64,000 bases of DNA, from NCBI GenBank assembly GCA_963737445.1, contig CAVTSO010000001.1, positions 398,551-462,550 on the forward strand, given 5' to 3'. The notes beneath the pieces are model-generated. The model did not search any database. It had not been told where the DNA came from and was given only the letters and a program-made list of their open reading frames with translations. This stretch comes from an uncultured Actinomycetes bacterium (GTDB taxonomy: Bacteria; Actinomycetota; Thermoleophilia; Gaiellales; JAICJC01). How positions within the stretch are numbered: the stretch's first letter is position 1; every line of letters starts with the position of its first letter. Made by a program: the position numbers and the translations under genes. Of the stretch, positions 20,407 to 32,647 are shown in pieces.

Positions 20407-21532
20407 TCATCCTTTCGAGGCGGGGCCTAGAGCGGCGGACGCGCCGCCGAAGATCAGCGCAGCCGTGACGTCGGCCGGTGTGACGCCCGCCAGCAGCGGG
20501 TGATCGAGGTCGATCTCGACCTCGCCGGGAGGATCGCCGAGGCCGACCGCGCGTGCGCCGTTTCTCCCGCCGATCTCGAGCAGGTAGGGCGTGGGCCCGT
20601 CGTCTCCCGGCGGCACCAGGACGTTTCGCCGCTCCACCAGGCGCCGCGCGCAGTGCTCGATCTCGCGCAGCTCGGCGAGCGGGTCGATGATGGTGTTCGA
20701 GTCGGTGCCGATGCAGATCGGCACGCCGTGCTGCATCAGCTCGAGCGCCGGCAGGAAGCCGTCGCCGAGGTTGGCCTCGGTGGTCGGGCAGGCGCAGACG
20801 GTCGCGCCGCTCGCGGCCAGCAGCTCCAGCTCGCGCTCCGAGACGTGGGTGGCGTGGATCACCGTGGCGCTCGGGCCGAGCAGCCCGATCTCGGCCAGCA
20901 GCTCGATCGGCCGCAGCCCGTACTCCGCCAGGCTCTCGTCGATCTCGCGCCGCTGCTCGTTGGCGTGGATGTGCACGACCATGCCGCTGGACGCTGCGTA
21001 GGCGGTGATCTCCTCCAGCCAGTCGCGCGGCACCGCCCGCACGCTGTGCGGAGCCAGGCCGACGCGCATCTCCGACGCCAGGGCATCCACCCGTGCCAGA
21101 TAGGACGCGACGTCCGGGATCGCAGAAGCGGCGCTGGCCCGGGGTCGGTGGCAGCCCCTAGCCGGCCCGCGCGTACGCGGTCATCAGCATCACGATCTCG
21201 ATGCCGGCATCGCGGGCAGCCGCGGCGGTCGCCTTTGCCATCGCGTTCGGGTCGGGGTAGGGCTCGCCGCCGGGCTGGTGGTGCGGGTAATGGAACTCGC
21301 CGACCGCGGTGTACCCGGCCGCCACCATCTCGCGGTAGAGCTGCAGCGCGACGTCGTAGGCGCCGTCCGGGTCGATCGCGTTCGCGGCCTGGTACATGGC
21401 CTCGCGCCACGTCCAGAAGTCGTCTTGCGGGTGTTCGGGGTCGACGTGCTCGACGCGCCCTCGCAGCGCCCTCTGGAAGGCGTGGCTGTGGGCGTTCACG
21501 AAGCCCGGGAGACGCAGCGTGGTATCGGACAT
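20407..21532 (-). pseudogene. amidohydrolase of the formimidoylglutamate-deiminase/guanine-deaminase type, disrupted
   Basis: N-terminal ORF 21158..21532 (LPGFVNAHSHAFQRALRG...GEFHYPHH) ends at an in-frame TAG (ARAG*GLPPTPGQRRFCD). A 1-nt frame change then leads into ORF 20407..21090 (HIHANEQ...ATHV...GTDSN). Confidence 0.75.
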
Positions 21533-21552
21533 ACGCGTATCCTCCCAGACCC

Positions 21553-22740
21553 ATGTCCGAGGTATCCAGAGAACGGTTCGTATCGTGGTTCGGCGAGCTG
21601 GCAGCCATCGGGCACAGCGAGGGCGGTTGGAACCGGTTGGCTTGGAGCCCGCTCGAGGCCGAGGCGCGAGCCTGGTTCTCGAGCACCGCCGCGTCCATCG
21701 GGCTCGAGGTGCAGCAGGACGGCGCCGGTAGCCTGTGGGCGGTCACCGACGACGCCGACCGCGGGCCCTGGGTGTGCGCCGGGTCTCACCTGGATACGCA
21801 GCCCGACGGCGGCGCGTATGACGGGGCGCTCGGAGTCGTGGCGGCGCTGGAGGCGGCGGCGACGGTGCTGGAGTCCGACGCCGGCCGCCGGCATCCGCTG
21901 GCGGTGGTCGCGTTCGTCGACGAGGAGGGAGCCCGGTTTCGCACCCCCACCTTCGCCAGCCTGGCGCTGACCGGTCGGCTGGACATCGATCACGTGCTCG
22001 AGGTGATGGGCGACGCGCCTGCGATCTACGGCGTCACCCGCGACTCGCTGGCCCAGAGCCGCAAGCAGCTCGACCGGGTGCGCTGCTTCTACGAGGTGCA
22101 CGTCGAGCAGGGCCGGTCGCTGGTCGACCGTGAGCTGGCGCTGGGCGTGGCCGACGTGTTGGCGCCGCGGCAACGCTGGCGGGTGGAGTTCGCCGGGGAG
22201 GCGAACCACGCCGGCACCACCGCCATGAGCGACCGCCGCGACGCGCTGCTCGACGCTGCCAGGTTCGCGCTCGCGGTGGACGAGGTGGCACGGGCCAGGC
22301 CGGGCGCCGTTGGCACCGTGGGCCGGATGGAGATCAGCCCCGGATCGACCAACTCCATCCCCGGCCACGTGGCCGCCTCGCTGGACGTGCGCGCGCTCGA
22401 GCTGGAGGCGGTCGATGCGATGGTCGAGGAGCTGGGGGTCCGCTTCGCCGACGCCGAGTTCGGCCGCGAGTCCCACAACGAGGGCGCGCGCTTCGACGAC
22501 CGCCTGCGGGCACAGCTGTTCACGGCCGCCGAGGCGCGCGGCATCGCGGCCGGCGACCTGCCCTCCTACGCAGGCCACGACGCGGGCATCCTCGCCACCG
22601 AGCGCCCGGCCGCGATGGTGTTCGTGCGCAACCCGACCGGCGCCAGCCACGTCGCCACCGAGTCGGCGTCCGAGGCCGACTGCCTGGCCGCCGTGCAGGT
22701 GCTGACCGACGCCATCTGCGTCGAGCTCGCGGCCGACTGA
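21553..22740 (+). CDS. M20-family amidohydrolase (allantoate amidohydrolase / N-carbamoyl-L-amino-acid hydrolase type)
   Basis: ATG 21553 within ORF 20500..22740. GSHLDTQPDGGAYDGALGV, FVDEEGARF and AGEANHAGTTAM. Confidence 0.85.
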   Translation: MSEVSRERFVSWFGELAAIGHSEGGWNRLAWSPLEAEARAWFSSTAASIGLEVQQDGAGSLWAVTDDADRGPWVCAGSHLDTQPDGGAYDGALGVVAALEAAATVLESDAGRRHPLAVVAFVDEEGARFRTPTFASLALTGRLDIDHVLEVMGDAPAIYGVTRDSLAQSRKQLDRVRCFYEVHVEQGRSLVDRELALGVADVLAPRQRWRVEFAGEANHAGTTAMSDRRDALLDAARFALAVDEVARARPGAVGTVGRMEISPGSTNSIPGHVAASLDVRALELEAVDAMVEELGVRFADAEFGRESHNEGARFDDRLRAQLFTAAEARGIAAGDLPSYAGHDAGILATERPAAMVFVRNPTGASHVATESASEADCLAAVQVLTDAICVELAAD

Positions 22741-22985
22741 ACGCCGAACTTTCCACACCGCATCCACAGGCACCGATGGTGGCCGTGGATAGCGTGTGGA
22801 TAAGGTCGCGAAATTCCCGCTCTCAGCGCCAATTTGTCTGGGGAATACCCGCGATCGGGTTGACGAGCGCTTGGGGAAAGGCGCAGTGTCCCTGTTCCAA
22901 TCCCCCCAAGACCGACGCCAGGCCCTCGCGATCCGTCCTCTCAGGCCTGGCGTCGGCCGTTAAGCGCCCGGGATAGGCTGCACGG

Positions 22986-23570
22986 ATGGGCAAGGTGTTC
23001 GCCGAGATCGACGACAAGCTGGCGAGCTGGATCCGCGGCCAGCAGATGTTCTTCGTCGCCACCGCGCCCGAGGCAGGCGGCCACATCAACCTGTCGCCAA
23101 AGGGCCCGATCGAGAGCCTGCAGGTGCTCGATCCGCACACGATCGCCTACCTCGACCTGGTCGGAAGCGGCGCCGAGACGATCGCGCACCTGCGCCAGAA
23201 CGGCCGCATCTGCGTGATGCTGTGCGCCTTCCAGGGCCCGCCGCGGATCCTGCGCATGCACGGGCGCGGCACGGTGCTGGCACCGGGCTGTGACCGGTAC
23301 GACGGCACGGCGGCGAGGTTCGACCTCGCGGCGATGCCGGCCGCGGAGCACGCCGCACGGTCGATCATCATGGTCGAGGTGGAGCGGATCGCCGACTCGT
23401 GCGGCTTCGACGTACCGCTGATGGTCGAGCAGGGCCGTCGCCCGCAACGCGGCGCATGGGTCGACAACAAGCTGGCCAAGGGCGGCCGGGCGGCGCTGGC
23501 CAGCTACGTCGCCGAGCACAACGCCGAGAGCATCGACGGGCTGCCGCGCAGACGGCGGCGCTGCCGCTGA
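22986..23570 (+). CDS. pyridoxamine 5'-phosphate oxidase-family protein
   Basis: FFVATAPEAGGHINLSPKG...ETIAHLRQNGRICVM, a split-barrel FMN-binding fold pattern. Confidence 0.75.
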   Translation: MGKVFAEIDDKLASWIRGQQMFFVATAPEAGGHINLSPKGPIESLQVLDPHTIAYLDLVGSGAETIAHLRQNGRICVMLCAFQGPPRILRMHGRGTVLAPGCDRYDGTAARFDLAAMPAAEHAARSIIMVEVERIADSCGFDVPLMVEQGRRPQRGAWVDNKLAKGGRAALASYVAEHNAESIDGLPRRRRRCR

Positions 23571-23597
23571 CCGCAAAGCAAGAAGTAGGCTGCAAGG

Positions 23598-23981
23598 GTG
23601 ATCGAACAGCTCACCGACATGCCTGAAGGCGCGATCGGCTTTCGGGGATCCGGCCGGCTGACCAGCCGGGACTACCACGACACGCTGCTGCCGGTGATCC
23701 GCGAGGCGCTCGAGAGTGGACGCACCGTGAATCTGCTGTTCGCGACCGCGCCTGACTTCAGCGGGCTGGACATGGGCGCGCTGTGGGAGGACACGAAGGC
23801 GGCGGGCACGATCGGGCTGAAGCACCTCTCTAGCTGGGGACGGATCGCGCTGGTCACCGACAAGGACTGGATGCGACACGCGATCAGCGCCTTCGGCTGG
23901 ATCTCCCCCGGCGAGTACCGAGTGTTCGAGCCGGGCGAATACGAGGCGGCGAAGACCTGGCTGAGCGAGGCGGGCGGCTGA
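23598..23981 (+). CDS. STAS/SpoIIAA-like protein (DUF3478 type)
   Basis: 127 aa with a GTG start. IGFRGSGRLTSRDYHDTLLPVI...WGRIALVTDKDWMRH. Confidence 0.65.
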   Translation: MIEQLTDMPEGAIGFRGSGRLTSRDYHDTLLPVIREALESGRTVNLLFATAPDFSGLDMGALWEDTKAAGTIGLKHLSSWGRIALVTDKDWMRHAISAFGWISPGEYRVFEPGEYEAAKTWLSEAGG

Positions 23982-24099
23982 CGGCGGCGACGGCTCCCGA
24001 GCCCGTGGCGGTTGCTCCAGGCGGTATTATGGGGCTGCTTTGAGCCGGAACGCGGTGGCCTCGAGCATCGTCTTCATTCCGCGATACTGGAGGATTCCC

Positions 24100-24456
24100 T
24101 TGGCCGACCCAGGAGCTGTGTCAGTCGAGCAAGCTGAAGGTGCTTCCGTCATCGCGCTGCGAGGCGAGCATGACCTCTCAACCGGGCCGGCGATCGAGGC
24201 CGCGTGCGACGACGCCTGGGTCAACTCCTCCTCGATCGTGTTCGATCTGGCCGACGCGACGTTCATCGACTCGACCGTGGTCGGCGTGATGGTGAGCGCC
24301 CGGCGGCGCGCAGCCGAGACGGGCGGATCCGTGGCGGTCGTGGCTCCGGCCGGCGGGTCTCCCGCGCGCGTGCTGACGCTCGTGGGCATCAACGACGTGC
24401 TCCCCCTGCACGAGACCCGCGACGAGGCGCTGCGAACCATCAGCGCGCCGGGGTAG
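24100..24456 (+). CDS. anti-sigma-factor antagonist (STAS domain)
   Basis: TTG 24100 follows GGAGGA. IALRGEHDLSTGPAIE...DLADATFIDSTVVGVMV. Confidence 0.8.
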   Translation: MADPGAVSVEQAEGASVIALRGEHDLSTGPAIEAACDDAWVNSSSIVFDLADATFIDSTVVGVMVSARRRAAETGGSVAVVAPAGGSPARVLTLVGINDVLPLHETRDEALRTISAPG

Positions 24457-24458
24457 CG

Positions 24459-25532
24459 TTGCCTGAACTGGCACGCAGGTTGGACACCCGGCAGGGCAAG
24501 CTGGTGGCGGCGCTGGTTGCGGTGCTCTGCGAGCTGGCGATCGCGCTGCCGTTCCTGGTGATCTCGCCGACCACGCTGCGCGGCGTTCCCGGCCCGCTGC
24601 TGGTGGTGATCGGGGTCGCCGCGAGCTATCTGCTGGGTCCGTGGTTCGGCGTGCCGGTGACGGCCGTGGCGGTGGTGCTGGCGGTGACCATCGTCGGCGA
24701 GAGCGCCTGGGCGGAGCCACTGGTATGGCTGCCCATCTCGGCCGGGGCCGGAATCGTGGGGGAGCGGGTGCGACACGGGGACGAGCTGCGGCGCGAGCTG
24801 ATCGAGGAGCTGCGACGGGGCCTGGTCGGGATCTACCGGGACCCCGCGGTCGGCCGGATGAACGTGGTCAGCCGCTACATCCCCGCGGTGAGTGCGCAGA
24901 GGATCGCCGGCGACTTCTACGGAGCCGTGGTGCAGCCCACAGGCGATGTCGCCATCATGGTCGGAGACGTGGCCGGCCACGGCCCCGCGGCCGCTGCGCT
25001 GGCGACCCGCCTGCGCGCAATGTGGCGCGGGCTGGCCATCGCCGGCGTCTCGGACAGCGAGACGATGAGCGCCCTGAACGAAACGTTGCTCGCCGAGCAG
25101 CAGCGAATTGCATCGCAGATCCCGTTCGCGACGCTGTGCCTCGCCACGGTGGCGGCCGACCTGCGGTCGGCCCAGATCGTGATCGCGGGCCACCCGCCGC
25201 CGATCCTGGTCACCGACCGCGGCACCAACGAGGACGCGCACCCGCCGGGCCCGGCCATCGGCATCTCAGCGACCTCCAGCTGGGTGCCGCATCCGCTGGC
25301 CTTGCCGGACGACCCGTGGTCGCTGGTCGTCTACACCGACGGTCTGATCGAAGGACGAACGTCACCGGACGGCCCTCGCCCGTACGGGCGCGAACGGCTG
25401 CTGCCGCTGCTGGCCGCCTCCGCCATCCCGATCGGTGAGGACGACGTGGACGCCGTGCTGCAGACGGTGCTGGATGCAAACGGCGGCGCGCTCCCGGACG
25501 ACGTGGTGCTGATCACGGCGTCGCCGCGGTAG
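24459..25532 (+). CDS. membrane-anchored PP2C/SpoIIE-type serine phosphatase
   Basis: TTG 24459 within ORF 24204..25532. Three to four TM helices, then IAGDFYGAV...VGDVAGHGPAAAALA...YTDGLIEG. Confidence 0.8.
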   Translation: MPELARRLDTRQGKLVAALVAVLCELAIALPFLVISPTTLRGVPGPLLVVIGVAASYLLGPWFGVPVTAVAVVLAVTIVGESAWAEPLVWLPISAGAGIVGERVRHGDELRRELIEELRRGLVGIYRDPAVGRMNVVSRYIPAVSAQRIAGDFYGAVVQPTGDVAIMVGDVAGHGPAAAALATRLRAMWRGLAIAGVSDSETMSALNETLLAEQQRIASQIPFATLCLATVAADLRSAQIVIAGHPPPILVTDRGTNEDAHPPGPAIGISATSSWVPHPLALPDDPWSLVVYTDGLIEGRTSPDGPRPYGRERLLPLLAASAIPIGEDDVDAVLQTVLDANGGALPDDVVLITASPR

Positions 25533-25547
25533 TTCGTCGTTACGCGT

Positions 25548-25832
25548 TTGGGCGTGACCCGCGATGGGTACGGCTCCGCTGGCATGCTGTTCGATCACGA
25601 CGTGCGGGCTCCCGCCGAGTGGGAGCAGGAATACGCGGGCGAGGATGACGAGCCCGCGCGAATCCGGGCGTGGCAACGCGAACAGCTGATGCTGATCGGG
25701 TATGAACCTACGACAGCTCGGCGAATCGTGCGCGAAGCCTGGGCTCGCGGCGAGAGCGGCGACCTCGTCCACCGCGTGTTCGACCTGATCGGCCGCGGCG
25801 CCAGCCACGAGCAGGCCGCACGCATCGCCTAG
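25548..25832 (+). CDS. hypothetical small acidic protein
   Basis: 94-aa ORF. I do not recognise a family, and the start is uncertain. Confidence 0.35.
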   Translation: MGVTRDGYGSAGMLFDHDVRAPAEWEQEYAGEDDEPARIRAWQREQLMLIGYEPTTARRIVREAWARGESGDLVHRVFDLIGRGASHEQAARIA

Positions 25833-25865
25833 CGTTCGGCTCAGCGTGAAGCCACGGCCAAGATG

Positions 25866-26456
25866 TCACGCCCCACGGTCGGCGGGCACCGTTGAGATAG
25901 GGCGATCGAGGCCCTCGCGGGTGAGCTCGGCGGCGACCGTTTCGCGGGCCTTGTAGATCCGCCACTTGACGGCGGCCAGCGTGGTCTCGAGCGAGTCTGC
26001 GATCTCGACGTAGGAGAGGCCGATCACGTCGCGTAGAACCAGCGCCATCTTCAGGTCGGGGCTGAGCGCACCGATCGCCCGCCACAGGATCTCCATGTCC
26101 TCGATCGCGTGGAACGGCACCGGCGCTGCCAACCCCAGCGACCAGACCGCATCGAGCTCCACCGCCGGCCGGATGCGCCGCTCGCGGGACCGCAGCTCGT
26201 CGACGAGGCGGTTCTTGGCGATCTGAAACAGCCAGGTTGTGAACAGCGACCGATCGTCGAACCGCGGCAGCGCGCGGTGCACGCGGACGAAGATCTCCTG
26301 GCAGACGTCCTCGGCCAGCGCCCGGTCGCCCGACAGCACACGCACGGCGTAGTTGTAGATCGGCGCGTGATACTGGCGAAGGATGATGGCAAAGGCGCGC
26401 TCATCACCCGCCTGCGCTCTGCGCAGGATGTCACGGTCGGGTTGAGTGAGAGCCAT
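25866..26456 (-). CDS. ECF-type RNA polymerase sigma factor
   Basis: Region 2 (FTTWLFQIAKNRLVDELR) and region 4 (LSYVEIADSLETTLAAVKWRIYKAR). Confidence 0.9.
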   Translation of the reverse strand: MALTQPDRDILRRAQAGDERAFAIILRQYHAPIYNYAVRVLSGDRALAEDVCQEIFVRVHRALPRFDDRSLFTTWLFQIAKNRLVDELRSRERRIRPAVELDAVWSLGLAAPVPFHAIEDMEILWRAIGALSPDLKMALVLRDVIGLSYVEIADSLETTLAAVKWRIYKARETVAAELTREGLDRPISTVPADRGA

Positions 26457-26561
26457 GATGCGTCAGAGCGTTCGGTCGTTGCAAAGGTGACCAATAACTC
26501 TGGCGGCGGGAGGTTGGAGCTTGCTTGGGTGCGCAAATCTGGCCGCAATCAGCGGGGCGAA

Positions 26562-28436
26562 TCAGAGCGTGCCGAGGCGCTCGCGCGCGACCTGCTCGAC
26601 CACCTCGGCGAACCCCGGAGCTTCCTTCATCAGCTGGTCGGTCAGGTGCCAGTCCATCCTCAGCAGCCGGGTCGGCGCGTCCGCGATCACGTCGGCCGAG
26701 CGCGCGCGGCCGAAGCTCGCACCCCAGTCGAGCGCGGCGAGCTCGCCGAAGAACTGGCCCGGCAGCAGCAGCCCAAGTGTTGCGTCGGCGCCCTCCACCC
26801 GCACCGCGCCGGACAGCACCACATACATGTCGCGGCTCGTCTGCCAGCGGCCCAGGACGACCTCGCCGGCGTCGACCTCGATCTCGGTGGCCGTGCTGCG
26901 CACCAGCGCCCGCTGATCCGGCCCGAGCGTGGCGAACAGCTCGAGCGAGCCGGCCGGCGCTTCAGGTTCCACCCCACCCTCCGCGGAACGTGGCGCCAGG
27001 TCGACCGGCAGCGTCTCCAGCAGGTCGATCGCCCTGTCCACCTCGCTCGCGGTCGTCGAGTGGTTCAGCACGCACAACCGCAGCGTGTGACGTCCCCGCA
27101 CCTGCCCCGACGACACGAACACCTCGCCGCCCGCCTCGATCTGCCGCACGAGGTCGGTGTTGATGCGCTCCAGGATGCGCTCATCGTCGACACCGGCGGG
27201 ATGGCGCCGCAACGCCACCACTCCCAGCGACGCCGGTGACATCAGCTCGAGCTCGAGCGAGTGCTCCACGCGCCGCTGGGCGTGCAGGGCGAGGTCGATG
27301 CAGCGGTCGATCGCCCGCCGGAAGGCGTCCACCCCGAAGTAGCGCAGCGAGATCCACAGCTTCAGCGCGCGGCAGCTGCGCGTCAGCTGCACGCCCAGGT
27401 CGGAGAAGTTCACCTCGCGATCGACGGCCTCAGTGCCCTTCAGGTAGCTGGGGTGGATCTCGAACGAGCGCCGCAGGCGGTCGCCGTCGCGCACCAGCAG
27501 GGCGCCCACCTCGACCGGCTGGTACAGCCACTTGTGCGGATCGAGGGTGATCGAGTCGGCCAGCTCCATGCCGGCAAGCGCGGCCCGCCCTCGCTCCGTC
27601 AAGCAGCCGAAGGCCCCGTAGGCGCCGTCCACGTGCAGCCAGGCGTCGTGCTCGCGGCAGATCCGCGACAGCTCCGTGAACGGGTCGATCGCACCCACCG
27701 CCGTGCTGCCCGCGTTGGCGACGACCAGCAACGGGCGCCTGCCGGCGGTCAGGTCGGCGCCGATCGCGCCCTCCAGCCCGTCCGGGCGCATGCGGCCGAC
27801 GTGGTCGCTCAGGATCACCCGCACCTGGTCGGGGCCGAACCCGAGCACGCGCGCGGCGCGGGCCAGCGACGAGTGCGCCTGGTCGGACATGTAGAACACA
27901 GCGCGCGCGTCCATCTCCCCCATCAGCGCCTCGCGGGCGCAGGCGAGCGCCGTCAGGTTCGCGGCCGACCCACCCGAGACCAGCGCGCCGCCCGCCTCGG
28001 CCGGATAGCCGACCCACTGCCGGAACCAGTCGAGCACGGCCAGCTCCAGCGCGGCCGGGCCGGAGGCGCCCAGCCACCAGCAGGCATCGATGTTGAGCGC
28101 GCTGGAGATCAGATCTCCCAGCGCCCCGGGCCAGGTGCCCTCGCCCGGGATGTAGGCGAGATAGCCGGGATGGGCGAGACGGGCGACGTAGGGCAGCACA
28201 TCGCGCTCGAGGTCGTCCAGGATCTCGTCGAAGCCGGCCGGCTGCTCGGGGGGCGGCATCGACAGTCGCCGGTGCAGCTCGCCAGGCGACTCGGCGTTCA
28301 CCACCGGGCCCGGCGGCCCCGTGATGCGATCCACCAGCATGTCGATCGTGCGATATCCCAGCTGCCGCATGACGTCGGCATCGAGCGCGAGCGACGAACC
28401 CTCGTGCGCCTGGCTGTCCGTCGTCTGCTCGAACAA
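26562..28436 (-). CDS. group II PLP-dependent amino-acid decarboxylase fused to a C-terminal cyclic-nucleotide-binding domain
   Basis: Residues 1 to about 490 carry SGGSAANL, HVDGAYGAF and DPHKWLYQP (the PLP lysine). The last roughly 120 aa carry GQFFGELAAL...RSADVIA, the cNMP phosphate-binding-cassette pattern. Confidence 0.85.
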   Translation of the reverse strand: MFEQTTDSQAHEGSSLALDADVMRQLGYRTIDMLVDRITGPPGPVVNAESPGELHRRLSMPPPEQPAGFDEILDDLERDVLPYVARLAHPGYLAYIPGEGTWPGALGDLISSALNIDACWWLGASGPAALELAVLDWFRQWVGYPAEAGGALVSGGSAANLTALACAREALMGEMDARAVFYMSDQAHSSLARAARVLGFGPDQVRVILSDHVGRMRPDGLEGAIGADLTAGRRPLLVVANAGSTAVGAIDPFTELSRICREHDAWLHVDGAYGAFGCLTERGRAALAGMELADSITLDPHKWLYQPVEVGALLVRDGDRLRRSFEIHPSYLKGTEAVDREVNFSDLGVQLTRSCRALKLWISLRYFGVDAFRRAIDRCIDLALHAQRRVEHSLELELMSPASLGVVALRRHPAGVDDERILERINTDLVRQIEAGGEVFVSSGQVRGRHTLRLCVLNHSTTASEVDRAIDLLETLPVDLAPRSAEGGVEPEAPAGSLELFATLGPDQRALVRSTATEIEVDAGEVVLGRWQTSRDMYVVLSGAVRVEGADATLGLLLPGQFFGELAALDWGASFGRARSADVIADAPTRLLRMDWHLTDQLMKEAPGFAEVVEQVARERLGTL

Positions 28437-28488
28437 CGCGTCCCCCTGTCGGCGGCCGGGCGGACCGGTTCTGGCCCGAGCGCCGACT

Positions 28489-30749
<2,261 letters not shown>

Positions 30750-30821
30750 GCCTCACGGTAGCAGAAGCGGAGAGCGTGTCCGTTTAGTTCCCCGGCCGAT
30801 TCGGCCGCGCGCCGGAGGAGC

Positions 30822-31328
30822 TCAGCTGCCGCTCTTGGCGGCCTCCGCCTTCACGCTCTCGACGCTGTCGGCGTCGACCTGGTGCTTCTCGACCTTCTCG
30901 GCGTTCCGCAGCTGCTTCTCGATCTCGGTCACCCAGCGCTCCTCGAACACCGCCACGATGCCGGAGCTGTTCGGCGGCAGCGAGTCCTCTACGTCGGCCT
31001 GGATCTCGCTCTTGAGGTGATGGTCGAGCAGTGCACCGGCGCCGGCCCCGATGCCGCCGCCGACCACGGCCGACGCCAGCAGCGACGGCGGGAAGATGAG
31101 GCCGATGATGGCGCCGCCGACCACGCCCAGCGTGGCGCCCACGCCGACCTCGTGGCCGTTGTCCTTGACGTCGATCTTGCCCTCGGCGTCGCGCTGGACG
31201 AGCACCATCGCGTCCACGGTGATCACCCGCTCGCGGGCGAGCTGTTTGAGACCGTCCCAGTCGGCCTGGGCGGCGTCGTGGTCGGAGTAGGCGGCGATGT
31301 AGAGATCGATGGGCGGCTTGTCGGCCAT
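30822..31328 (-). CDS. DUF1269-like membrane protein
   Basis: 168 aa with a central Gly-zipper TM region GATLGVVGGAIIGLIFPP...GGGIGAGAGALL. Confidence 0.6.
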   Translation of the reverse strand: MADKPPIDLYIAAYSDHDAAQADWDGLKQLARERVITVDAMVLVQRDAEGKIDVKDNGHEVGVGATLGVVGGAIIGLIFPPSLLASAVVGGGIGAGAGALLDHHLKSEIQADVEDSLPPNSSGIVAVFEERWVTEIEKQLRNAEKVEKHQVDADSVESVKAEAAKSGS

Positions 31329-31425
31329 GGCGTTGGTCTCCCTCGGGTCGCGGTCGGTAGGTGGCGACGATCATAGGTCGGTCCCTGCGATCGGGCGGTG
31401 ACCCGCCTTGTGTACCATCGCCTCC

Positions 31426-31758
31426 ATGGCGTACGACGAGGCGCTCGCGGAGCGCATACGGGAGCTGGTCGCCGGCGAGCACGAGCTGACCGAGAAGCTC
31501 ATGTTCGGTGGGCTGGCCTTCCTGATCGGCGGCAACATGGCGGTGGCCGCGAGCGGCCAGGGCGGCCTGATGGTGCGCGTCGACCCGGCGATGTCGGACG
31601 AGCTGGTCGCAACCACGGTCGCCCGCCCGATGGAGATGCGCGGCCGCCCGATGCAGGGCTGGCTGCGGGTGCGCTCCGAGCACATTCAGACCCGGGCGCA
31701 GCTGGCGGAGTGGGTCACGCTGGGCACGACGTACGCCCGCACGCTGCCGTCGAAGTGA
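31426..31758 (+). CDS. TfoX N-terminal-domain protein
   Basis: MAYDEALAERIRE...KLMFGGLAFLIGGNMAVAA...LMVRVDP. Confidence 0.7.
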   Translation: MAYDEALAERIRELVAGEHELTEKLMFGGLAFLIGGNMAVAASGQGGLMVRVDPAMSDELVATTVARPMEMRGRPMQGWLRVRSEHIQTRAQLAEWVTLGTTYARTLPSK

Positions 31759-31765
31759 CCGCCCC

Positions 31766-32216
31766 TCAGCGCGGCCGCGGATCGCCGATCCAGTAGCGCG
31801 GGCCGGGCCCGAGGCCGGCGGCGCGGTCGCCGGGGTTCGCGAGCCGGCAGCGGTCGAGCGACAGGCAGCCGCAGCCGATGCACTCGGTCAGGCCGGCCCG
31901 CAGGCGCTCCAGCTCGTCGATCCGCTCGTCGATCCGCGAAGTCCAGGTGCGTGACAGGCGCGACCAGTCGCGGCGGGTGGGCGCGCGGCCGGGAGGGAGC
32001 TTGCCCAGCTCGACGGCGATCTCGTCCAGGGTCAGCCCGACCCGCTGCGCGAAGACGATGAAGGCGATGCGCCGCAGCACCGCCCGCGGGTAGCGGCGGT
32101 GGCCCGAGCCCGCCCGCTCCGAGCGCGATCAGCCCGCGCTGCTCGTAGAAGCGCAGCGCGGAGGCTGCGACCCCGCTTCGCCGCGCGACATCGCCGATCG
32201 TGAGCAGTTCCGGCAT
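31766..32216 (-). pseudogene. soxR: SoxR-type MerR-family redox sensor, one frameshift
   Basis: ATG 32216 gives MPELLTIGDVARRSGVAASALRFYEQRGLIA. The frame then slips at about 32128. It continues SERAGSGHRRYPRAVLRRIAFIVFAQRVG...CIGCGCLSLDRCRLANPGD, which includes the SoxR [2Fe-2S] CIGCGC-x5-C motif. Confidence 0.8.
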
Positions 32217-32307
32217 CGTCTGCAGTGAACACGCCGGCCGCTTGACTTCAAGTTTACTTGAAGTTGTAGTCTGGGTGAGCATCCGCAGATCACTCCGGGA
32301 GGTACCC

Positions 32308-32647
32308 ATGACGAGCGAGCAGACGGCGAGCCAGACGATCACCGCGGAGGTCAGCTCCTGGCCGGGCGTCACCGCCGGGCCCGGCCGCCGCGGCGAATAC
32401 GCATTCAAGTCGGGCGCCGCGAGATCGGCCACCTGCACGGCGACCAGGCGGCGCACTTCCGTTCCCGAAGACCGTGTGGGCCGAGCTGGGCGGAGGGCCG
32501 GATCGTGCCGCACCCCGTCTTCCCCGATCGCAGGGGCCGGCGGCCCGCCGCGTCGACGGCGAGGACGACGTGCGCGATGTGATTGCGCTGATGCGGCTCA
32601 ACTACGATCGCGCCGTCGCCCGGCACGGCGTCCCGGCCAGCGCATGA
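32308..32647 (+). pseudogene. DUF5519 ('luciferase-family') small protein, four frame changes
   Basis: The best translation is MTSEQ...EYAFK/GRREIGHLHGDQAAHF/FPKTVWAEL/AEGRIVPHPVFPDRRG/PAARRVDGEDDVRDVIALMRLNYDRAV. It needs four single-nt corrections between 32410 and 32545. Confidence 0.6.
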
